64,000 bases of DNA from the NCBI GenBank assembly GCA_951406725.2, contig OX597819.1, positions 34,162,001 through 34,226,000 on the forward strand. The letters are read 5' to 3'. A program made the translations under genes and the position numbers. Below the pieces are notes generated by a model, which saw nothing but the letters and a program-made list of their open reading frames with translations, made no database searches and was not told where the DNA came from. The DNA is from Octopus vulgaris (taxonomy: Eukaryota). Numbering within the stretch: position 1 is the first letter of the stretch; each line of letters begins with the position of its first letter. Positions 25,474 through 39,237 of this stretch are shown piece by piece.

Positions 25474-26394
25474 CATGTGTGTAAGTACATGTGTATGTGA
25501 AGACATGTATTTGGAAATATGCATACATGTGGTTGCGTATGTGCATGTGAGTATGTGTGTGCGTGTGAGTGTGTGTGTGCGTGTGTGAGTGTGTGTGCGT
25601 GTGTGGGTAAGTTAAGTGTATAAATGGTGACAGACAGACAGACAGAGAGAGAGATAGATAGACAGGTGGTAATGAACAAACTAATTAAAATGCAGGGAAG
25701 GAGAAAAAAAAAAAAAATCTAGCCAGCTGGCATGTTATTATTGATGTTTGTATTTTTTATTGTTATTGTTTATGGTTACTCTGTTGTTGTTGTTGTTGTG
25801 TTGTTGTTGTTGCTATTATTGTTGTGTTGCATTTTATTTCATGCATCTTCAACAGTGCTACATGTTTTACATTCAGAAATACATGAGCTTATAGGCATTT
25901 ATAGGTGGAGTCACGAATAGACAACGGTACATGTGCATGTGTGTGAGTGTGTCTGTATGTGTGTGTGTCTGTATGTGTGAGTGTTTGTGTGTGTGTGTAT
26001 GTGTATGTGTGTTTTTGTCTGTATGTATATGTGTGTGTCTGTATGTGTGAGTGTTTGTGTGTGTGTGTGTGTGTGTTTCTGTCTGTATGTGTATGTGTGT
26101 CCCTGTGTCTATGTGTGTGTGTTGTGTGTGTGTGTCTGGGTGTGTGTCTGGGTGTGTGTATGTCTGTGTGTATTTTTGTGCATGTGTGTGCCTGTTTCTG
26201 TGTATGTGTATGTGTGTCTGTGTGTGTCTGTGTGTGTGTCTGTGTGTATGTCTCTATGTGTGCCTGTGTATGTGTCTGTATGTGTGTGCATATGTGTATG
26301 TGTGTATGTATGTGTCTGTGTATGTGAGTGTGTGTGTGTATGTGTACGTGTGGGTATGTCTGTGTGTATATGTGTGTGCCTGTGTCTGTGTGTG

Positions 26395-26429
<35 letters not shown>

Positions 26430-27054
26430 ATAACAGACAGTTATCTATGTCTATAGATACATAGGCACAGATTGTGTGGGGAAGAAGTTAGCTTTCCATC
26501 ATATAGTTTAGGGTCCAGAAACCAGTACATGTCACTTGGAGCAAGTGTCTTCTATAATAGCTCTGGGCCAACAAAAGTCTTGTGAATGAATTTCATAGAC
26601 AGAAGCTGAAAGAAGCTCATGTGTATTGAGGTGTGTCTGTGTGATGTATATGTGTGTGCGTGTGCGTATATTTGTCTGTCTGTTCATACGTGTGTATGAT
26701 TGTTTGTGTGTATGTGTTTTGTGTGTGTGTTTGTGTGATGTATGTATGTGTACATGTCACTGTGTGGGATCTGTGTGTATGTGTATGTGTGTGTGTGTGT
26801 GTGATTGTGTGTGGTGTGTTTGTAAACTTTATGTGTGTGTGTGTGTGTGTGATGGTTTTATGCCTTTTGCATGTATATGTGTGTGAGATTGTGTATGTGT
26901 GTGCGTATGTGTCTGTGGTGCATATGTGTGTGTGAGAGAGAGAGAGAGAGAGTGTGTGTGTGTGTGTAAATACATTTGTATATTGAAACGTTTTTGGAAG
27001 TAGACATGCATGAATAAAGAAAAGTATGTGAATGTGTGTGTGAGAGAGAGATTC

Positions 27055-27118
<64 letters not shown>

Positions 27119-27120
27119 TC
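25030..27120. repeat. Long degenerate (TG)/(GA) microsatellite region
   Basis: Directly visible; interrupted by short unique segments and a SINE head. Confidence 0.9.
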
Positions 27121-27452
27121 AATAAACCATGCCCAACACATGTAAGCATGGAAACATGAACATTAAACTGATGATGATGATGATGATGATGATGATAATG
27201 TTGAATATACATATAAATAAGTGTACACAAGCAACCTTTCAACACACACACACATGTAAATATAAATATAAATATATGAAAATATACAAATATATTTTCA
27301 TATATTTATATCTATATAACAGTAAGTTATACTGCAGAAAGACAACAAGCACCGTCACAGTTTCAAGGAAGAGAATAAAAATACTAAATGGAACAAAACT
27401 TGAAAAAGCAGAAACTCAGCTTTCTCACCTTCCATACTATGTACACACACAT

Positions 27453-27849
27453 AAGGTGGCGAGCTGGCAGAAACGTTAGCACGCCGGGTGAAATGCATAG
27501 CTGTATTTCGTCTGCCGTTACATTCTGAGTTCAAATTCCGCCGAGGTTGACTTTGCCCTTCATCCTTTCAGGGTCGATAAATTAAGTACCAGTCAAGTAC
27601 TGGGGTCGATATAATCGACTTAATCCGTTTGTCTGTCCTTGTTTGTCCTCTCTGTGTTTAGCCCCTTGTGGGTAGTAAAGAAATAGGTATTTTGTCTGTC
27701 TTTATGTTCTGAGTTCAAATTCCGCCGAGGTCGACTTTGCCTTTCATCCTTTCGGGGTCGATAAATTAAGTACCAGTCAAGTACTGGGGTCGATCTAATC
27801 AACTGGATCCCTCCCCAAAATTTCAGGCCTTGTGCCTAGAGTAGAAAAG
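27453..27849 (+). mobile_element. Dimeric Nin-like SINE with two different tails
   Basis: The central domain occurs twice (~27505-27620 and ~27688-27800); tatgtacacacac flanks the whole dimer. Confidence 0.8.
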
Positions 27850-27889
27850 TATGTACACACACACATGCACACACACACACACAGAGTAG

Positions 27890-28432
27890 CACTGTCAGTT
27901 ATGATGATGAAGGATCTAGTTAATCAATCAATGGGACCGCCTGCTCATGGAATTAATGTGCAAGTGGCTGCAAACTCCACAGACACACAAACCCTTAACC
28001 CTTTCGTTACCGTATTTCTGTTGAGATGTTCTGTGTCTCTTTCAATTAATTTTAAATATAACAAAGAATTTAGTAAAATAACTTAGTTACCATTAAGCTA
28101 GTGTTAGGAACATAAATTGTGACTAAGGTTTGGTGAAAGATTTTAATTCAAAACTTATGAAAACAAGACATTTGTACTACAGAACCATAGCCAGTTTCAG
28201 CCAGGTTGGTAATGATAGGGTTAATGTAGTTCTCAAGAAGATTCAGCATGACACGGAATGTGACATGGCTGGCCCTTTGAATTACCAATACAACTCATTC
28301 TTGCCAGCTGAGTGGGCTGGAGTAACATGAAGTAAAGTGTCTTGCTCAAGGACAAAAGGCACCGCTGGAAATCAAACTCACAACTTTACAATCATGAGCC
28401 AAATTACTCTAACCACTATGCCATGTGCCTTC
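27890..28432 (-). mobile_element. SINE (family F-like head, family E-like tail) interrupted by a piggyBac MITE
   Basis: Tail aligns with 22890-23055; the cccttaa|tgtagttctc junction corresponds to the uninterrupted cccttaacgtagttctc at 22991. Confidence 0.7.
27999..28220. mobile_element. piggyBac-type MITE (~220 bp)
   Basis: TTAA|CCCTTTCGTTACC ... GGTAATGATAGGG|TTAA. Confidence 0.9.
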
Positions 28433-29499
28433 ATGCACAACTGCATGCACACATGCACGCACACACACTCACACACACACACACACACATGCACACGCAC
28501 ACACACTGGTCTTTCCTGTCAGAGAGAGATGAATGTATTAGACCAATTTGAATACCTATCGGACCTACTCTTTACTACAGGAATACCTGAAATATTTACA
28601 CAAGAACCAACACCAGGGCTTCTGAGACCAGATAATTCTTAGCTTAAAAGTGTTTAACCAAGAGGCAAGGAATCAAGAGAGGAATCAGTATGAATCAACA
28701 GAAGATGGTGAATGCTTTAGCAGAGAGAACGCATTGATCACTTAAAAAAGGGCTTTAGTTTTCATAAAGTCTGCTTCTTTCCCTGTAGAAACCTACTGCA
28801 AGAGCTAGCATTGGAATGTTAGCCTCTACTGAATACATCAAAAGCAAAAATAAAGCACTATTGAATTTGATTTATTCAATGGAAACCTTCCAAGGCGATA
28901 CCCCAATGTGGCTGCAGTCCAATGTCTTAAATGAGCAAAAGATAAAAGGTAAAAGCTGGTTTTAGGAGCTGAGAGTGATTCTTCAAATCATCATCATCAT
29001 CATCATCATCATCCTTTAACATCCATTGTCCATGCTGGCATGAGTTGGACGTTTTGATCAGGGCTGGTAGGCTGGAAGGCTACACCAGAGTCCAGTCTGA
29101 TTTGGCATGGTTTCTATGGTTAGATGCCCTTCCTAACTCCAACCACTCTAAGAGTGTAATTGGTGTTTTTACATGCCACCAGTACAGGTGCAAGTTGTGT
29201 GATACCAGTATCTGGCACCACTACAGTTTCATTTGGTTTGATGGATCTTCTACTCAAGCACAGCATATTGCCAAAGGTGTTGGTCATTTGTCATTCCCTC
29301 CATGAGGCCCAATGCTCAAAAGGTGTTTTTGATGTACCACCAGCATTGGTCTTAGTTACATGACACCAGCATCAGCCACTCTGCCTCTGTGAGACTGTAA
29401 TCTACTATTATGAAGACCACCTCACTGTTAAATTCTTCTCCTAGTTGTTCCTAAAAAGGTTAATCTCTAACACTTCAATTTTCACATTAAATGCCTAAG

Positions 29500-29598
29500 T
29501 CACTTTGACCAGTGATCACTTTGACCGACCAGTCCGTCAGGCGTTCATTTGACACCGCTGGTCACAGCACGCTGTCCACTCCTCTCTGGATCGCGCCG
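29500..29598 (-). mobile_element. Very short 3' end of a second RTE-like LINE
   Basis: CpG-rich patch; the minus strand translates ARSREEWTACCDQRCQMNA*, resembling the RTE terminal A.DR..W motif, followed by a short repeated tail (ggtcaaagtga x2). Confidence 0.45.
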
Positions 29599-31339
29599 AA
29601 GTATTACTCATAATCTCAACTTTCTAATCTACAAACTGACCACAAGCTGAGAAGTGAGGACAGAGACATAGAGAAAGTGACAAAGAAAGAGAGAGGGAGA
29701 GGGATAAGAATGAGTTTAACTTTGGTTCTTCAGTTTTTAATTATCGATTAGCTCACATCTCTGATTGATTATGCTATGGTATTTACAGGTATGATGCAAA
29801 ATATGCAGCTTCAAAGTATGCTGTCAGCCTACCAACTGGAACACATGTGCATGCATGTGAATGCATGCATATGCAATTATGTGTGAAGGAATTCATACAT
29901 ATGACATAAAACGTTCGGCAGATGTGTTGAAGTAGCTTCTAGCTAGGCATCGCCTATTTGCCAATTTTATACATAGGAATTGTATCTGCAGATCTATCAC
30001 TGATATAAAGCAAAAGCTAAACAATATCTCTTATCTTTACATGTTTCAGTGATTGGATTGCAGTGATTGGATTGAAGGATTTTTATCAAACCAATCAACT
30101 CAAGTACTTTTTTTTTTTTTAATACCTGGTAATTATTCTGTCAGTCTCTTTTGTTGAACTGTTAAATCATGGGCAATACAAATAAGCCAACACAGCAGAA
30201 ATGAGGTATAAACAAAAATATAAAAACTCACAGGCTTAGAAATATATACATATGTACATATATATATATTTAATATTGTTATATATTTATATATATACAT
30301 ATACATACATATATATATATATGTACCAAATCCACTCACAAGGCTTTGGTCAACCCAGAACTACAGTAAAAGACACTTGCCCAAGTTGCTACATAGCTAC
30401 AACACAGAGGTGACAGACAAGGACAGACAAATGGATTAAGTCGATTACATCGACCCAAGTGCATAACTGGTACTTAATTTATCGACCCCAAAAAGATGAA
30501 AGGCAAAGTTGACTGTTAATATAGCTAGGAATAACCACCATATGGTTTTTCTAGATCAAGGGTCCCCAACTACTGGGCTGTAAATGAGTACCGAACCAAA
30601 GATCAGAAAGAATAAATGTTATAATTTTATTTCAGTTTTATTGACTAGGAGTGGCTGTGTGGTAAGTAACTTGCTTACCAGCCACATGGTTCCAGGTTCA
30701 GTCTCATTGCATGGCACCTTGGGCAAGTGTCTTCTACTATAGCCTTGGGCCGACCAAAGCCTTGTGAGTGGATTTGGCAGAAAAAGAAACTGAAAGAAAC
30801 GTATCGTATAAGTATGTATATGTGTGACTGTGTGTGTACCCCACAATATCGCTTGACAACCGATGCTGGTACATTTGTGTCCCCGTAACTTAGTGGCTTG
30901 GCAAAAGAGACCAATAGAATAAATACTAGGACAAGTCCTGAGGTCAATTTGCTCAACTAAAAGTGGTATCTAACATGGCTGCAGTCAAAATGACTGAAGC
31001 AAATAAAAGAATATCATAGTTTGCAAGGTGATTTTCTATTATGTATAATGCAAGACACCTTTCCTGCACTCAATACTACTCCCCGCTAGTTGAGTGGGAG
31101 GTTGGGTCTTGTCCTGCAAGTTACTTGGGGTGGGATGGGGGGAGGTCGATACTGTTGCTGATGTCACATCACATAAACATCACCCAGTGCACTTTGTAAG
31201 GTGGGAGGCATTGGGAAGGGTACCCTGTCATTATATGAAAAAAAGAAAAGAACATGTTAAAACAGAGACAGCAGAGCTGGGTGCCACTCCCTGTTAAACC
31301 ATCCAGCCCACAGCAGCATGGAGCATGGATGTTAAATGG

Positions 31340-31376
<37 letters not shown>

Positions 31377-32560
31377 AACAATGATGATGACGATGATAAT
31401 GTAATTATTAAATTATGTATTATGCACTTTATTGTATTTTGTTATGTGCCATACCCTGGGATATAAGAAAACTGTCTTGCATGAAACCAATCCATGGTGC
31501 AAAACAAAAACAAATGAATTGGGGACTGCTGTTCTGGATTACCAATATAGGCAACAGGAGCACTATAAAAATGCCAAGTGTTTTGCAAGCTTTCAAAACC
31601 AGGCCCAAACACCTCAACAAATAACACATGAGAAAAAGAAAGAAAGAAAAAAGATGGAAACAATAGAGAAAATAATAGATCTGTTTCTATTTCCTGGTAG
31701 GAAGCATTGATTATAAAATACAATATTACTGAGAAAGAGAGATTATTTATAGCAATGTTCTATTTAGTCATAATTTTCTCTTTGTATTCTTAGAAGTGAT
31801 CACTTTAGCAAACTTTTACTGCTAACTTCTATCACAATACTAGCTTAATTAACATATGATAACAATGTCTCATTATTCCGGTAGTAATTACATGAACCCA
31901 TTATATATATTATATATACAGCAACTGATATACACTAATATGTATATCACATACATATATATATATATACACACGCATCTCATTATTCCTTTAGCGAGAT
32001 TACACAAGCAAATGACTCCATATCGCTCCATGTACAAATCGATACTTCATAGTAACTGATATCAGTTGTAATATGTAACAACATAATCATACATAACCAT
32101 GTCAAAAGTTATTATATACAACAGCACCATATCACACCTCATTCGGATATCAGCTGTTACACAATATCCCTAAACACAATCTCTTTATACTCTGAGCTAT
32201 TATACAATCATATCCACACTCTTACCCCACCCCTAATTATTTCATAACTCCTTCTGTAAAATACAGATAATATTTCCTCTCTAATTTTTCCATTGACATC
32301 AAAACATCATTGTTAGTCTTTTCATTTGATTTCTTCTTTCATTATCTCAATTAAAACCTATCATGAAGCTATTGATTAAACTAACACAGTTTTCTTTGAA
32401 TGGATGTTATGTTCCAAGCCACAACAAAAGAACAAAAAAGTAAAATAAAATAAATGATATGAAATAGAATCTGTCTCAACTTGATTCGCTTAATTTTTAT
32501 GATTTAGTGAAAATAAATTTCTTTCTTCTCATCCTTAAGAAAAAAAAAAAAATAATAATG

Positions 32561-32618
<58 letters not shown>

Positions 32619-32820
32619 TATCAAAAATAAAAACAAAATTGAAAATGACAGATAAAATTATTAATGATAAGGATAATAGTAAAATAATAATACTAATAAT
32701 TTCTTTTAACAATAATAAACGATAATAAACAATAATATCACCACAAAATTTAAATAAAAAGTTCTGAGATACACTTGTTAAGAATATTTATATTTTTTCT
32801 TGACTACAAATGCAAAGAAA

Positions 32821-32907
<87 letters not shown>

Positions 32908-32909
32908 AA

Positions 32910-33140
32910 TGATATCCCTGTTGTTGTAGTTGCCCTAAGAATGATCAAGGAAGGCAGTGACAAAATCTTTGACCAAATCCCTGAGGAAACCAACAATCTA
33001 TGAGACTCAAATATTGTGTTGACATCAACCACCCAAATTTTTAGGAACTTCATCTCCATCTAATATATATATGTGCCTTAGGTCTCTGGCTGTAACCTGG
33101 CCAGAAGATGAAATAAAATGCAAATCAATTAGAAAATAAT
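32910..33140 (+). pseudogene. Second R4/Dong-like 3' fragment between TAA/GAT arrays
   Basis: IPVVVVALRMIKEGSDKIFDQIP...IVLTSTTQIFRNFISI* resembles the R4/Dong C-terminus (PVVVGALG.I....IP...IQK.VL..TA.ILR..LS); followed by aaataataataa. Confidence 0.65.
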
Positions 33141-33180
33141 AATAATAATGATAATGATAATAATGATGATGATGATCATA

Positions 33181-33213
<33 letters not shown>

Positions 33214-33415
33214 AGTGACAGGAGCTCAAAAAGGTAGAAAAAATATGAAATTTTCTTTAGGAATTATAAAGAGAGGAAAAATGGAGTGATTGAGAGGAAT
33301 TACAAAGAAAGTGGGGAAGATGCATTATAAAATATACGGAAGGACAGACATACTAAGAAAATTTAAAAGTACATACACATACACACAAACAGACACACAC
33401 CTATGCATACATATA

Positions 33416-33654
33416 CATACACACACACACACATAAAACAACATAAAACAATGAAAATCTGTGAGGAGGAACCATTTCTTCTGGCAACAAAACCCATCAT
33501 ACACACACACACATATTTTCATTGTTTTTAAAGCTCATTTTTGCTTTCTATATTTTCTTTATATTCCCACAGATGGGTTTTGTTGCCAGAAGAAATGGTT
33601 CCTCCTCACAGATTTTCATTGTTTTATGTTGTTTTATGTGTGTGTGTGTGTATG
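33416..33654. repeat. Perfect 83-bp inverted repeat with 73-bp spacer
   Basis: 33416-33498 is the exact reverse complement of 33572-33654 by manual comparison. Confidence 0.9.
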
Positions 33655-33834
33655 ATACAGGAAAAACAGTGGTTATGTTATGAACCTCAATAGCTTACGG
33701 CTGTTTCTGCTATAAAATGCAGTGGACTCATAGTTGAGTGCCTGAATAACATCCTATAGCTTCATCAGAGCCTTGGATACACCAGGTTATTAGTCTTGTA
33801 ATGCTTAAGTGAAATATATTGGGTAACAAGTAAA

Positions 33835-34135
33835 GACTCTCCTCAGGATTGCACTTAGAAAGTTCCCTTTTGAGGCCCAATCTGGGCAAGGTTGTTTATG
33901 GAAGACCAGCAGTCACCCATGCATGCCAGCCTCCACTCTCCATGCTACCAAAGGAAAGAGAAAGGCTGATACAGCTTAGCACTAGTGACATCATATTTCT
34001 ACTGTTGAGCAAAATGGAGCAACATGAAATAAAGTGCCTTGTTCAAGAACACAACACATAGCCTGGTCTGGAAATCAAACTCACTACCCTGTGTTTGTGA
34101 GCCCTATACTCTAACCACATAGCCATGTGCCTTCA
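33835..34135 (-). mobile_element. Family F SINE
   Basis: Reverse complement aligns with 1318-1605. Confidence 0.75.
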
Positions 34136-34844
34136 TCTTCTACACACACACATATATGTATGCATACACACCTGTTCAAATCCTGTTTGAGTGCTGCTAG
34201 ATGCACCAAGTGGCATATCTTTGAAATATATAGTGTTGAAAAACACCACCATCTTGAGAGTAATATCTTTTAAGCTTAATGTAATGTCTTAATTTTAATT
34301 TTCCTAATAGTCTATATTCTACACATTGGCTATATTCTGAATCTAACTGTTTTGTATCCTTATAATTTCTGGTACAGTCATGTATCTCCCCACAACTTTT
34401 TGCCCAAAACCTTCTTCAGATTACGGTTGAGGGTGGGTGAGTGAAAGGCAGACAGAGAAAATCCTGGTTTGACAACATCAAGGACTGGACAAGTCACAAC
34501 ACAGAGAACTTGTTACTCATTACAGAGAATAGAGAGCTGACTATGAAGGTGTCTAGAGTGGTACCCCAATGACTGGCTATACCAGTTAAGGGATTTTGAC
34601 AATGATGATTCATGATAATTTCTGCAGAAAGTTTGTGATAACAGAAATGCATAATTTTGTCTATTAACTGTTTGGTTGATTTTTGAAGAATGGTGGATCT
34701 TAGCTCATTTTTGCTTTCTATATTTTCTTTATATTCCCAAAGATGGGTTTTGTTGCCAGAAGAAATGGTTCCTCCTCACAGATTTTCATTGTTTTATGTT
34801 GAGATTCTTTTTTCTATGAATTTGGGACTCATAATTCCTACATA

Positions 34845-35005
34845 TCTTCATTGAGACATAATGTGAACCTGGAGAAAAGTACCATCTTGAACTTCACAAT
34901 AATCTGAAGAGAATTTCTTGAGATCTGGGGAGACTTGTTGTCACTAAACTTCAGGATAACATTTCTGATAACTAAATTAGCATGTATTAGATTTTGTATA
35001 ATAAT
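34845..35005 (+). mobile_element. Possible third, strongly decayed R4/Dong-like 3' end
   Basis: ..gaaaagtaccatcttgaac...aatctgaagagaatttcttgagatctggggagacttgttgtcact resembles LQK..IL....ILR..LE plus 3' UTR; ends in ataataat. Confidence 0.35.
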
Positions 35006-35753
35006 TCTATCCAATTCTATCCAATTATTATATGGCGGTGCCCCAGCATGGCCACAGCTCGTGAGCTGAAACTAGATAAAATAAAAATAAAAATAAAATA
35101 AATTTTGGCACCAGATCAGCTATTTTAATGGAAGGGGACAAGTCAATTACTTCAACCCTAGTATTTGGGGGAACTCATTTTATTGACTGCAAAAGGATGA
35201 CAAATTCAACCTGGGCGGAATTTGAACTTAGAATGCAATGAATTAAAAATCAATACAGTAAAGACTTTATGTTCCAACAATTCTTGCAGCTCGTTGCCTC
35301 GAGATATATATAATTATAAGGATGATGAGGAGAGTGACAATGATGATGGCAACACTAAGTTCTGACAGGTACCCAAGGTTTCAAATCAGATTATATATAT
35401 CATCATCATCATCATCGTTTAACGTCCGTTCTCCATGCTAGCATGGGTTGGACGGTTCGACCGGGGATCTGGGAAGCCAGAAGGCTGCACCAGGCTCCAG
35501 TCTTATCTGGCAATGTTTCTACAGCTGGATGCCCTTCCTAATGCCAACCACTCCGTGAGTGTAGTGGGTGCTTTTACGTGCCACCCACACAGGTGCTAGG
35601 CGAGGCTGGCAACGGCCACAGTCGGATTGGTGCATTTTACGTGCCACCGGCACGGAAGCCAGTCGAGGCAGCACTGGCTTCGGCCACGATTCAGATGGTG
35701 CTTTTTACATGCCACCGGCACATCTGTATATATATATATATAACTATATATAT

Positions 35754-35818
<65 letters not shown>

Positions 35819-36040
35819 TATGCTTTCAGTGTGAATGGTTTCGTTATACTGCACTGTATTTTACAATCCTGTAAATAATAATAATGGTATTTTTATATAA
35901 GCTTATGGCAATCACTATGCAATGACTAAGGAAAATAGTCTAATAACGGGGCATATAAGCTCTTGACAGAAAAAAGAATGCGTTCCTGTCCACATGGGAC
36001 ACGAACCCACATCCCTTTGTTAACGTGACTAAGTGTGTTA

Positions 36041-36085
<45 letters not shown>

Positions 36086-36447
36086 CCTAGTGCTTTAACT
36101 GGTACTGTATTTTATCAATACCCATAAAGCGGGTGTTAATAAAATACCACAAAGGCACACAAACATTATCACAAATAATGGTTCTTTTAACATGTTGTTC
36201 ATCATATTGTTTGTTGCATTTTCTAATTAGTTAAAAAATGTAGAATGAACCAAGTGTGAGGACTTCTTTCATTTCCCCTCCCCTTCATTTAGATGTTTAC
36301 ATTATGGTAAAATGAAATATAATTTAAAATCAAAAATTAAAAACATACATGCAAACACAAAAAAATAATTTAAATCAAAAATTAAAAATATTCATGCAAA
36401 TGAAAAAAAAAACTAACGATATAAAATAATAAACACACATTAACATG

Positions 36448-36512
<65 letters not shown>

Positions 36513-37644
36513 ACACACACACACACACAGAGGCAGTGTAAAAGAATAAAATAAACGTGAGATTGATATCATTTATGAAATATGATGAGAAAAAATAATG
36601 AATGTTAAAATGACCAACAACAATAACAACAACAGCAAGTAGTGACAGTTTAACAGTTAAATCTATAGAGGAGGAGGAAGCCAGAGTGATGGTGTTGGGT
36701 TAAACAAAATAATATGAAAATATTTACAATGATAAAAAAAAAAAGTGTGTGGAAAACGAGGATTGTTTGTAGCAGAGAAATTAGAAAAATTGGAAAAAGA
36801 TAGAGAGCTGAATGGGTAGGAGAGGGGGGAGTAAAAAGGGATGAGGATGAAAAAAAATAAAAGGAAAATAAATGAAGAGAATGGAGATGAGTCGGAGAGG
36901 AGGGAGGGAAGGACTGACGTAAGAGCTGCAGCTGGGGTTAGGGTCAGGGTTAGAGCTGTAGTTATGAGATAAGTGTAAAATGGCAGATGATTGGGTTAGA
37001 GACAGAGGGAGGAGTGGACAACAATTGCCACACTACAAGAAGGAGGAGAGGGAGGAGGAGGAGGACAAGAGCAGCAACAGTTACCTCACTACAAGAGGAA
37101 GGAAGGGGTGATAATCAATAAAATGCATTAAAGCACATTTATAATCATAATGATATTATAATCAAAGTGAAGTGTTTCTAATTAGGGAGTGCAATGTGGT
37201 GGGTGGGTGAGGAGTGGGTAGGAGAGGGAGGAATGAGGGAGCATCTCAGATGGAGGGAGATGAAACAGGGGTTAATTATAGGAACTGGAAGGTCAAAAAA
37301 GAAGGACTGGGAGAATGTGGAAACAGTGATAGTAAAACAGTGATAATGGCTGTAAATGAGAACAAAGCGAGAGAAGGGGTAATTTGGCGAAGTGGGATTT
37401 TAATTTTGTGATATAGGCAGCACTAGAACCACCAGGACAATGATGTGAAGAAGGAAGAGGAGAACTTGAAATTAATGATTTCTGATACAGACACAAAGAT
37501 ACAAAATGTTTTGAGGAGCAGAATGGCATGTAGTCAATTTAATCGACCCTAGAAGATGACTGATACTTTTATCAATCATTGAAAGACAAAGTCAAAATTT
37601 ACAAGGTTTGAACTTATAAAAGCTGGGTGTAAATAAACACAAAA

Positions 37645-38105
37645 GACATTCTACCTAATACTCTGCCATTCTTCTTAGTGTTCTACCATTTTAGCCAACA
37701 TTTCACCATTCTACCTAATGTTCTGTCATCCTGACCAATATTCCACCATTTTACCCAACACTCTACTATTTTATCCATTGTTCTATCATTCTGTCCATTC
37801 TTTTATTATTTTTGCTAATGCTCTACCTTTCTAAATGTTCTACCATTTTATCCAATATTCTATCATTTTATCCATGTTCTACTATTCTACCCAATGTTCT
37901 ACCATTTTGACCAATTTCCTAATATTTAAACCAATTCTGTATGATTCTCTATCATTCTACATAACGTTCACATTTTAGTCAATACTCTGTCACTCTACCA
38001 TACCATTCTACATAGTGTTCAACTATTCTATCCAATGGGTTAACATCCTGCCCATTATTCTATCATTCTATATTATGCTCTACCATTTTCTCCAATTCTG
38101 CTATC
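37645..38105. repeat. Degenerate ~21-bp minisatellite
   Basis: Recurrent ttctaccattttatccaat-like units. Confidence 0.75.
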
Positions 38106-38932
38106 CACTGCACTCAAGTTCTTTGAAATATTGAGTGAACCATCGCAAATTCATTCCTTGTGTCCTTCTAGCCAACTGCTTCTCTGCCTTTTTTCTACAA
38201 TTAGTTTAGTGAGATTCACTGTGGACCTTGAGAGAGAAATCCCAGCACAGAACAACCAAGATCAATAAGTATCCCAGGTTTCATTAAAAATTCAATCACA
38301 TCAATTAATCAATGCTTACATAGTTGTCAAAAGTAAATTTTCTCAGTTATTTCTCTTCTCAAACATAGAAGAGTTGTTGTTTCATATAGGTATAGGATAC
38401 CATCTACAAATGTATACCATCTATATATATATATATATATATATGAATACTGTCTATAGATGGTGTTCATGTATATGTGTTGGGATTTCTTTCCCAAGAG
38501 CCGCAGTGGGTCTCACTATGCTTGCTATAGAATAGAAGCAGAAAGGCAATTGATTTGAAGGAAGCAAAGTGTGGGTTTCTGGCTGGTTCACTCAATATTT
38601 CAAAGAACTTGAGTGTGGTGGATAGCAGAGCTGGAAAGAATGGTAGTGCATTGCACAGAATGGTAAAACATTATGTGTGAACATGAGGTGTGCGTGTGTG
38701 TTGCATGTGTGTGAGTGTGTGTATGGTGTGTGTATGTTGTGTATGTGTGTGTATCTGTGTGTCTGTGTATACCTTATGTACACCATCGGTACATAATGTA
38801 GGTATTATATATAATTCATAAACAGAGCTTGAAAGACTGCTTTAAGATTCATGGTGTATTTTATAAATATGCCTACTCAAGTGTCATAATGGCCCGAAAG
38901 TATTAGCAGCTCTTTTGGTTGTATATTTAATT

Positions 38933-38985
<53 letters not shown>

Positions 38986-38989
<4 letters not shown>

Positions 38990-39186
38990 AACTAAACATG
39001 AAAACACAAAGAGAAAACACAACACGAGGACGTGGAACAAGTATAGTGTTATTAGACGCTCAGGAAAGAAGGGAAAGAAGGGTTTAATGTTTCGAGTGGA
39101 GCTCTTTGTCAGAAACATAGGAAAAGGAAAGGTCCAAGGAAGGGAAGACAGAGGAAGAAAATCGCCAACGATACACACGTGGTCAC
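38986..39186 (-). mobile_element. Short Penelope-like terminal repeat element next to (TA)n, with a hammerhead-like core
   Basis: Minus strand reads CTGACAA-A-GAG-ctcca-CTC-GAAAC...GAGCGTC; related in layout to 58887-59056. Confidence 0.55.
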
Positions 39187-39200
39187 ATACATACATACAA

Positions 39201-39237
<37 letters not shown>

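Noticed and set aside
35980-36045. tRNA-like sequence on the minus strand (ggttcgtgtccc T-loop)
   Set aside because: No complete cloverleaf or acceptor stem; most likely a truncated SINE head. The other tRNA-like hits are also SINE heads.
36933-36955. Telomere-like ggggttagggtcagggttag
   Set aside because: Only two or three imperfect units in a purine-rich tract; insufficient for an interstitial telomere call.
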